This document shows positions 54,372 through 64,000 of a stretch of 64,000 nucleotides of DNA, in pieces. Origin of the DNA: Syncephalis fuscata S228 (taxonomy: Eukaryota; Fungi; Zoopagomycota); assembly GCA_025786725.1 (NCBI GenBank), contig JAHLTZ010000061.1, forward strand, positions 11,090 to 75,089. Direction: 5' to 3'. Numbering within the stretch: position 1 is the first letter of the stretch; each line of letters opens with the position of its first letter. The notes beneath the pieces are model-generated. The model saw nothing but the letters and a program-made list of their open reading frames with translations, searched no databases and was not told where the DNA came from. The translations under genes and the position numbers were made by a program.

Positions 54372-55362
54372 TTATTCTGCGACTATAATGTATACAATGC
54401 ATATCATTTGGTTAGCGTATGAAACAATAATATACAATAGCACTTACAACCTATAAATACAGTGATTAAATATATACAGTACATAAAATATATTTAGCAA
54501 ATAGTTAATCAATTTACAATGTCACATACGGCCTATTAGTCCAGGTTATAAATATATACACGTATAATATGTGGCATGTGCTTAGTATTAATCAATCCAA
54601 TAAATAGGTTTACTTACGAGCTATTAATGTAAATTATTTACAATACAAAGTGCATAAAATGTGTTTAGTATAGAGCTAATTAATGTATAATGCCACTTAC
54701 GGACTATTAATAAAGATTATTAAACAGGCAAAGTATATGACATATAATTAGTACGTAGTTAATTAATCTATAATGTCACTTGCCACCTATTAATACAAGT
54801 TGTTAGACGCACACGGTGCATAATCGGTGTTTAATGCATATGTTAATTATATGCAATCCCACTTACTATCTGTTAATACATATTATTAAACACAGTGCAT
54901 ATTATATTATCAATACATAGTTGGTTGGTATGAAATATCACTTACGATCTACCGCCGCGATTTCTTAAACGCGCACGGTACATGGTACATGTTAGTGTAT
55001 AGTTAATTAGTATACAATACTATTTACCAGCTATTGATGCCAATTATTTAGCACGCACAATAAATAGCGTATATTTAGTATATACAACCGGCTAACATAC
55101 AATTGCACTTACGAGCTATTAATACAATTTATTAAACGCACACAGTGAGTTATTATGTTTAGCATATATCTAATCAATATATAACGCAACTTACAAACTA
55201 GTAGCGTTATTGCATAAAATAAACTGTGTTAAACTAAATAAGTACCTAGTTATTGTAATACAACATACCACGACGAATTAAAGTTGGCCTAGCATCTACA
55301 GTGACTAATATGACGACAAGGCCTACGACAATGGTGCAGACGACGGCAATAGAAAGCTTCAT
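54372..55362 (-). CDS. Micro-exon gene for a 44-aa secreted prepropeptide (signal peptide + RR-flanked VSPDHSVP), 12 exons of which ten are 3 nt
   Basis: Exon 1 55362-55269. Micro-exons 55197-95 TTT, 55115-13 CTC, 55030-28 CTG, 54948-46 ATC, 54869-67 ATA, 54786-84 GTG, 54703-01 TCC, 54620-18 CTC, 54532-30 GCC, 54450-48 GTT. Last exon 54382-54372. Each micro-exon is flanked by YAG and a GTAAGT/GTATGT/GTAAAT/GCAAGT donor. Spliced ORF: MKLSIAVVCTIVVGLVVILVTVDARPTLIRRVSPDHSVPRRFAE*. Confidence 0.85.
54430..55200. repeat. Diverged tandem repeat, ~10 units of ~79-88 bp (intron + 3-nt exon unit)
   Basis: Recurring + strand core ..aatg/cacttac-NNN-ctattaatac.. at 54441, 54523, 54611, 54694, 54777, 54860, 54939, 55021, 55106, 55188. 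Confidence 0.9.
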
Positions 55363-56392
55363 GGTGATATTGCTTTGTTAAAACAAACAAGTAGAATAGA
55401 CAATAGAGTGTGGTAGTATAAAGTAGATAGAAGTAGGTATTTGGCAAAAAGTAGAGTGTGATAATAATACTAAAAATTTATGTGCATTTTTGGGGCCTAT
55501 TTAAGCGTATGTTTATTCTGGGAAATCAACAAGTGTATCCTATGGACTATACTGTCCTGAGTTTGCCCAGCTATAGGCCTTTGAAATACGCCCATCTTTT
55601 ATACTCGTAGCACATGGGTAGCATGTGTTCAGTATAAACACATACGTGATTGTTTATAATTAATAAAATATTAACACTCAAACCATTGTTATTTTATTGC
55701 TGTTTAGTCTTTGTTCTTATGATACTATGATGATATAGAACAAAAACGATTGGACAATAAAGATGTATTAATAGCATGCTAAAGTTATAGTGTGTATAGA
55801 CCAACGAGCAAATAAGCAGAATAAATTAAAATCTACAATGACTACAGCTGACAATAAACAGATAACTTGTATTAACTGTTTTTGGTTAGTAAACAATAGA
55901 ATAAGCACTTTGATGATAGATGTCACTTACTTCAACTAAATATAAAGAATAAAGAACGTTTAGTTTGAATGCACACATATTACTAAATATGGTCATTTGA
56001 TACCACCCAAATGACAATGCTGCAAGCGATTAATAAATTAAATCAAAGTTGAATGGCACACAATATAATATGTAATTCACACATTTATTTAACTTAATAA
56101 ACAAAAAGCATAGTTCTGCACACATTTAAAAATACGCGTATGGAGGTTGGCCATAGTACATTTATGCTAGCAATTATCCGACAACACTGAAATCCTAATA
56201 CGCGCAGCACAGTCATATGATTGGTGCTATCAGCATCATATGGTTGCACGAACGTGACGCACCATCATCCGCACCAGCAACCGTATGGCCACGACAAGTA
56301 CTATTGTCGCAAACAGCTTTCTCTTCTTTATTTGTCTTCCTCTCAATTCTGTTTTATACTAAACTAAAAAAATTGGATAGTACCTATACAAT

Positions 56393-57672
56393 ATGTGGCA
56401 TATTTCTATTACACCATTGATATGGTGGATGTTCATCGATGTTAGCCATGTATTAGTTGCGGGTATGATGCCCGTATATTCACCAAAACATACTCGAATT
56501 TCTTTGGGCTCCGGTTTATGGCTATCAGCAGAGTACGATAAATTTATAGATACAAGCCCAATAGACGATCTACTACCGTTTGCCGTCTATAACCAGGAGA
56601 CCATCCTTGACGAAGAAGAAGCATTTGGTGTACCTGGCCTTGTAGTCAACAAGGAACATACTGATTCTGGTGCCATGAGTGATTACACGGCCTATGCGAC
56701 CTACGAAAACCAACCTGGATTCATCAAATGTAGTTATAAAATTGACTGGTATCAGCGTGAAGTCGATGCATTACTGGTAAGAGGAGTATCTGTATATTTG
56801 CCAATAGCTTATATAATAATAATAATCAGAACGTTACTAAGCTAAATCATCCAATGCCGGCAGTACCTGCATGGCATGGCTATTTGGACGCCATACCATC
56901 GCAAAGTCTTTTTGTTCAGCTATTGACCTATTTCCGTACGGGCGATGGCTATGGATGTATTGTATTGGACCTTGTTGATGGCATAACACTTAAAGAATAT
57001 GCCGCCAGTCTTACTTCACTTCAAAAAGATGTTGCACTGCGCGATATTGTACGCCAGTTACTTATAAGTAAGTCAATTATGCTATCGCTGTCATAGCTTA
57101 TTTACTCTTTATTATAGGCCTTGCTTATCTACATCACGGCGGTTGGGCACATTGCGATATTAAGCCAAGCAGTAAGTAGATCGGCCATAATAAGCAATCT
57201 AATTAATAGCTTGATCATTGTAGATATTATGGTACATATAATACCGCACAGGATTGATGGCAAACCAAATACTCGAGTAACACTAATTGATTTCAACCTC
57301 GCTTTACCAACTATTGATGGAATAGGATCAACGCGTGGTCATACGGTAGGCTACGCGCCGCCTGAATTTTACCTATCTGCGCCAATAGATTTGTATGCGC
57401 TTGATAGTTGGGAACTAGGCGCAACGCTTTACAAGCTATTTGCAAACAGTGTACCTTATGAAATGGCCTATAATGATGAAGAAAAAAAGAAAAAAATGAC
57501 AAAGAAGGAACGTCGAAAAATAATGCTTGATATGCTTGAGCTGGAACAACATAGTTACAAACCATTAAATTGTAGCGAAGAGGCACGCGAATTTATAGAC
57601 TTACTTTTAACTATCAATCCAGACAAAAGACCAACGATGAAGGAAATGATGTGGCATCGATGGCTTAAATAA
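56393..57672 (+). CDS. Divergent protein kinase with hydrophobic N-terminus (putatively secreted), 4 exons
   Basis: GFIKC (VAIK equivalent), REVDAL (helix C), YLHHGGWAHCDIKPSNIM, LIDFNLA, GHTVGYAPPEF, DSWELGATLY, LLTINPDKRPT..HRWL. Confidence 0.88.
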
Positions 57673-58344
57673 TTTACAAAAAGTTTATATCCATCTTCTA
57701 AGCAATATTTTCTACTTGGAGTTATAATAATAAATATAACAATATTACTCTTGAAATGTTTTATTACATATGCTTTATAAATTTTAATTGCTAATACTAT
57801 TCACCATTTAAACATTTAATCTATTGGTGTATGGCATCAATCATTATGTTCAATAAATTGAATGTTATTAAAATTAGTTATTTGATTACCAAATCACAAT
57901 AAATGTTTAGCAAATTGATAATAAAAAATAAATTGTTTAATAGGATTAAATGACGCGCAAGTAAATGATCGTCAGGCTACTGTATGACATCAGTGTTTTA
58001 TATCTGTAACTACTAGTCAAATACAATTAACTACTAGCCAAATACAATTATCGTAACATAAAAACCTTTTAATGCCATACAAATGCCACTGCTATTACGT
58101 CGCTAATGATACAGGTACGCATAGCCCAATTACAATTGATTATTTCGTGTGTTGGTTTAATCAAGCCCCAATGTGTGTTGTGATAAACGATGTTAGTAAG
58201 CTAAAATAAACTACTCAATAATTGGTTTCATTTTGCACTTTGTTTCTTATGACAGTATTTTGTTAAAGTAGCGCAGCCTTTTTACTACTCTCGTTTAAAC
58301 GATCGCCTTTACCGTTAATACTGCTATCCTACATTACTTGCGTC

Positions 58345-60907
58345 ATGGCAGAAGCGCAAGCAGTACGTAGGCGAGCAAATGCCGCACGAGACAATGCTGG
58401 CGATAACAACGGCAATGACGACAATCATGTACAGCCACAAGCTGGAGAGCAACAGCCGCACAGCCCAACAGCAAGAATCAACCTTTAGTAAATTGCTTAG
58501 TACAGTGATGCGAATGCTCTTCTTTTACTGGATCTTTAATTATTTTCAACGTAAGTTATCAAACTATTGATACTGTTATGCAAAACGCTTATTATACAAT
58601 GGTGTGTAGCAAGTGGTCCTGGTCCCAATGTGGGCCAAGTACCCACTTCCAATGCTACAAACGGAACATTGGCACCGGCAACTCCTGGATACGCCTATGC
58701 TGCACCGTTATGGCCATTTGGTACTTTGATGGTAAGTTAGACACAGGTATTATGTTATTATACTAGTATATTAACAATTATTTTACAGGATTTATTAGTA
58801 TATGTTGACGAAAATGAAACGTTTAACGATTTCTCCAATACCACTGGCACATTAGTGTGGAAAGACGAATCTATAATGCTGGGCGACTGGAATGAGGATC
58901 GTATGGCTTCAACGAATCTATCACTCTCCAATGTAAGTTTTATATAGCGTATTAATTACATTTGTATAACATATTTATTGTTTAAAGGCGGTTCAACACA
59001 ACGCGTCCTTGTACGCGCACATCTACCTGGTTCAGCATGGTGAACTGCCCAATCATGAAAATGGCAGCGTGCCTTTATTTGAATCTGCTCATTTGGCCAA
59101 TGGAACTACGGAAGATTATCACTACGCAGCCAAGGATTTTGTTTACCAGCGTAAATGTAGGTGGCCAAACAATAAAGCCAAACCAACATAATAACTTATA
59201 ATGGATGGTCAGTATTAACGTACTATCTGCCCAAGCGTCATGAAAAGAAAACAAAGCACTTGCTTGGCAATAAAGAAATGGAAAATGCCGATGAAGTCGA
59301 TGAATCGCAAGTAGAAAAGGTATATTTATTTTTAAGCACCATATAGCTATAATTATCAATATTAATATTAGTATGATTAGGAATCAAGTATACAAAAGCC
59401 AACCGAAATTATTTCCTATTGGTATCGTAATCTTACAGTTAATGTAGTTACCGAAGAAAAGCCTTTACATTTGGCACAGATGCCACCTAATATGAAGCAA
59501 CGTTAGTACAACACATTTATTATTTGCAAATACTAAGAATTAACTATATAGATGTACCAATGGAACGTACTGGCATAAGAGACACGACTGGTACAATGCC
59601 TTTCCATCTACCGGTTATCTATCTAAACGACTTTTGGGTATTAGATGAACACTTTATGCCAATTAATGAAACAACTAGGTAATTACGTTTACCAAACTAG
59701 TTTTTAATAATTAATAGGAATGGACTAGTGAAATGCCATTGACTTTAATTGTCTATCCTATTTCTATGTTAAAATTTCAGCTTTATTCTCAAATGGACGA
59801 CAGTTTTAATAAACAACAAGAGATTATAGGCACAAAACGATCGGAAATTGACCAACTTAAAGTAAGTGCAGATATGACAAATAAACTGATAATTTACTAA
59901 TAATAACTTTATTTATATAGCGCACACTACTTGAAACTAACCCATGGCTATTAGCATTCACGGCCTTTGTATCAGTGTTGCATAGCGTTTTTGACTTTTT
60001 GGCATTTAAAAATGGTAAGACAAATTGTGGTACAGCAATTTATCTATTCATTTACTTGGACAATTTGTAGATATTACATTCTGGAAGGAACGGAAAGATG
60101 ATGTGGCCGGTCTATCAGTGCGCACTATTGGTCTAAATATATTCTTCCAACTTGTTATTCTACTTTATTTGCTGGATAATGAAGAGACAACCAGTTGGAT
60201 TATTCTCATTAGTCAAGGAATTGGCCTGGCCATCGAATGCTGGAAAGTAAAAAAGGCTGTTGACATTAAGGTTGGTTCAAAACGTTTTACTATATTAGAT
60301 TATTAATATAAAATAAATAGATTTACCAGGTCCAAAGTGTTATTCCATGGCGTATTCAATTTAATAGCAAAGCTTCCTACACCGTATCGAAGACGGAAGA
60401 ATACGACGAGGTAGATTAGGCTACTCAGTATTTAGTACATTTAATTAATTAACACAACTTTAGATGGCATTTCGCTATTTATCCTGGGTCACTTACCCGT
60501 TACTCTTTGGCTATGCCATTTACTCGATGGTCTATCAGGAACATCGTGGCTGGTACAGTTACATTATTAACACGCTCGTTGGATTTGTTTACACCTTTGG
60601 ATTTGTCGCCATGACTCCACAGCTATTTATCAATTATAAGCTAAAGAGTGTTGCACATATGCCGTGGAAGACGTTTATGTATAAGGCACTCAATACGTTT
60701 GTGGATGATCTGTTTGCTTTCTGGATTATTCGTATGCCAGTACTACACCGACTTGCTTGTCTCCGCGATGATGTCGTATTTTTTGTTTATCTCTACCAAC
60801 GCTGGATCTATCCCGTTGATCCGACCCGAGCCAATGAGTTTGGCCAAGTGGGCGAAACCAACGAAGAGGAGAAAGAAAAGGTGGACGAGTCTAGGAAAGA
60901 TCAGTAG
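58345..60907 (+). CDS. CLPTM1-family membrane protein (apparent frameshift ~58465)
   Basis: LETNPWLL, FDFLAFKNDITFWK, GLSVRTI, IECWKVKK, TEEYDEMAFRYL, MTPQLFINYKLKSVAHMPWK..KALNTFVDDLFAF..HRLACLRDD..YQRWIYPVD..NEFG. Confidence 0.95.
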
Positions 60908-61842
60908 ATGGTTTAATAAAAAATAATCAGGATTATTATAATTAATATTACTATTATTATTGTCGTTATTTAATTAGTATATACTAGATATTTAGTTATA
61001 TTACATCAACGCTTATGGTTTATAAAACAGTTTTCAATATTATCAATAATATCAGCACAAATTATTGAAAACAAGCAGATAGTTACTGAAAAGTACAAAG
61101 GTTATATTTTTACATACTACAAATCAATTGCAATATGAATAATGTAGTTTATTGCTGTCAATTCACAGTTTTTAAACGTGTCAGGTAGCATCAACGTGAT
61201 GTTTTATAATATTAATAGACATCAAATCATAACAGGTTATGCCATGTTAACTAAAACACGTTCTCTAACTAATTAATTATTTCATGCTTATGATTACACA
61301 AGCCTATGGCTGGATGTTTCAAAACCTCATGTTTTCCCTTCCCCTTCAGTACTTAACAGGTTATAAAGCATGTTAGTAAAATCAACTAAAACGTATGATA
61401 AACTTGGTTGCATGATGTATATATGCATGTACATTTATGTAAATAGCTAGTCACTATAAATCTTTTAGTAAATATACTTTTGTATATTATTTTAGGTTCG
61501 TATATTCACACTGGTCTTGCCTACCACGGCTTTTCATGAGAACAAATACCGCCAAATTCATCCTTGTATTGAAACAAGTCCCATTCCCCTCAGAAAGGGA
61601 GACCTATCACGCTTTGTCTTTCTTTGCATCTCACTATGAGTTACCTTGTTTTCTACACTGGTCTCAAGTGTAATGCACGTTCATTTACATACTCGGTCTT
61701 GAATATGGGGTATTTGTTCTCTTTAGACCTTTTTATATTTAACATTGCCGACAATTACAAACCATAACGAATCTACTCTCAGTCAGTTTTCTTAAGCCTT
61801 TTACTAGCATAGTCCCAGCCGTTTACAAACCTATACTACACC

Positions 61843-63921
61843 ATGTCGCAACCATTTCGTCCAGGAAATCCAGCTGTGGCGCAAGCATCAGCTTTCTATC
61901 GCCGCTATCCAGATCGTTCACGGCCACCAAGTCCAGGATCAATTATTAGCGACAGTGGTAGTGCAACAAGGACCGGTAGCTGTTCGCGCTGCCCACATTG
62001 CATACGCAGTAACTCCCATTCAACTCCCTCCCACCTCCGTTCATCTGTATCAGCTATTTTAGATAGTGCGGAAGTACCATTGCGCACGAGTTCGCCACTT
62101 TCTATCGGATATCATCGCGACAACGATACAGTACTCCCAGCTGGCTCGGAGACTGCGTTTGGCAGTGTGGAAAATGGTTTTGGTTTCGCACACCAAAGAA
62201 CTGGATCGAATTCAACAGACTCGGCTATACCGCTACACCATCCATATCCACGGCCGTCAGCCATTCATAATCGATCATCTTCAATGAATGAATCGACTAT
62301 GGCCTATCATACTGAACCTACTATACCTTTAAGCGATAATAATCATCGTGTAACTGCAACAGCTAATCATGCTGCGACTACTACAGCCACTGCTGTTGGT
62401 AGTGATAGTAGACAGCGATGTGCAGTCAATTTTGAAGAGTTAAGAAAAATATTTATTAAACCGACAGCAGCTTCTGCTACTGATCAATCTAAACCATTAT
62501 CTTATTTGCGGCATAGCATGTCAATGACAGGCAGATCAGCCACTAATTTCACACAATACAACAGCAATGGCCGATTTCTCTTTTACACCCCATCAACCGG
62601 AGAGATTGAAGGCACAAGTTTGGAGAATATTGGATTTAGTTTAACGCCATTGGATATGGACGAACAACGTAAAAGTTCTGCTTCAGCTGCATCGGATGAT
62701 GCTATTTCTGAATGTACATCCGAGTCAGGATCGTCTCAATGCACGATAACAACGGAATCGAAAAGTTGCGATACCTCCAAGAAAGACGAGACTACAGTGT
62801 CGGCGGATATGCATAAAACAGCTGACCAGTTGCCGATCTACTACGTAAAGGCCCGTTCTGGCTAGATGTTACTGCGCCTACTGATACAGAAATGCGTACA
62901 CTTAGTAAGGTAATACCATGGAATAGTTGGTTAATTATAATTTTAACACATTGAATACTAGATATTCCGTATACATCCATTGACAGCTGAAGATATTATG
63001 ACAGAGGACACACGCGAGAAGTGTGAGATATTCCGCAATTACTATTTTATTTGTTTCCGTTCATTTGACGCTGATCCACAAAGTAGTACTTACTTGGAAC
63101 CAGTATCAGTGTTTACAGTAGTAACGCGTGAAGGTATTATTTCATTCCATCATCAACCAACACCACATGCACGCAATGTATTGCGCCGTATTCATCAACT
63201 AACTGATTATGTTACCGTATCGCCCGATTGGATCAATTATGCACTTATCGACGAGATAACTGATGGATTTGCACCACTTATTGGCAATCTACAGATGGAA
63301 GTGGATAGTATTGATGAACTAGTACTGATTCTAAAGGAATCAGAGCAAAGTGATATGTTGCGTCGAATGGGACATGTTCGAAAGAAGGTAATGACATCGA
63401 TGCGACTTCTTGGTAGTAAAGCCGATGTGATGCGTGGATTAATTAAACGATGTGATGATCGAGTTGGTGGTGAAATTGGATTATATCTTGGTGATATTCA
63501 AGGTATGTATATGTATATTTGATATATGAATATAATAGTAACACTATGACATAGACCATTTAATTACAATGTTACAGAATGTGGCACATTACGAAAAGAT
63601 TATTGCTCGTGCACATAGCAATTATTTGGCACAGATCAGTATTGAGTTGACACAGTCGTCCAATGCTACCAATGATGTTATGTCAAAACTGACAGTTCTT
63701 GGTACTATTATAGTGCCAATGAACGTTGTTACTGGTAAGTGTAGAATGAATATGTAGTAGCTATTAGTTTAACCAATTTGTTTACAGGTTTATGGGGAAT
63801 GAATGTGCAAGTACCTGGTCAAGATGCTGAGGGGCTTGCATGGTTCTTTGGAATCATCGGTGGTATGGTAATATTAGGTATTATCTTATACGTGTATATG
63901 CGACGCAATAAAGTTCTTTAA
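61843..63921 (+). CDS. CorA-family Mg2+ transporter (Alr1/Mnr2-like; apparent frameshift ~62805)
   Basis: FWLDVTAPTDTEM, IHPLTAEDI..TREKCEIFRNYYF, DWINYALIDEITD, LYLGDIQDH, AHSNYLAQISI, PMNVVTGLWGMNVQVPGQ (GMN motif). Confidence 0.95.
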
Positions 63922-64000
63922 TTATACTATAGGCCAAAATATCGAATATTAATTGATTTTATTTTATCAAACTGATATAGCCATTTAAATATTGATTTGT

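Noticed and set aside
54430-55200. CRISPR-like or plain minisatellite reading of the ~82-bp periodic array
   Set aside because: Eukaryotic context, no cas genes, and the 'spacers' are homologous to each other. The conserved core is a 3' splice site, 3 nt and a 5' splice site.
55241-55250. TAG|GTAC zero-length or recursive site in intron 1 of the peptide gene
   Set aside because: It would create a 23-nt intron, too short for this genome.
1-64000. tRNA, rRNA or autonomous transposon genes
   Set aside because: No cloverleaf or A/B-box patterns, rRNA-like tracts, transposase or reverse-transcriptase motifs recognised by eye; tRNAscan-SE/Rfam were not run.

Overview
AT-rich, intron-dense eukaryotic DNA. 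Short GTAAGT..YTRAY..YAG introns and the gene set point to an early-diverging fungus; Zoopagomycota/Mucoromycota-like is my inference. About 19 protein genes: an FHA-like CAMK kinase, a bacterial-type PARG (TIGR02452-like), GH38 alpha-mannosidase AMS1, NOP56, an orphan ORF, IES6, SPT6, NOT4, SKI8, an M13 peptidase, an RNF126-like E3, an SH3-EH protein, QCR2, TRAX, CDC45, a putatively secreted divergent kinase, CLPTM1 and a CorA/ALR1 transporter. The standout is a gene missing from the ORF track at 54372-55362 (-). What looks like a decayed ~82-bp tandem repeat is a signal-peptide exon followed by ten 3-nt micro-exons, together encoding MKLSIAVVCTIVVGLVVILVTVDA-RPTLIRR-VSPDHSVP-RR-FAE*, a dibasic-flanked secreted peptide. 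Every exon-skipping combination stays in frame and stop-free. Other highlights: two U12 (minor spliceosome) introns (CDC45 AT-AC, SKI8 GT-AG); a splice-switchable Atg8-interacting motif on Ams1; a kinase tail with an NLS and alternative CaaX boxes; and two adjacent segments flanked by inverted repeats. Scattered 1-nt frameshifts in conserved genes are most likely assembly errors.
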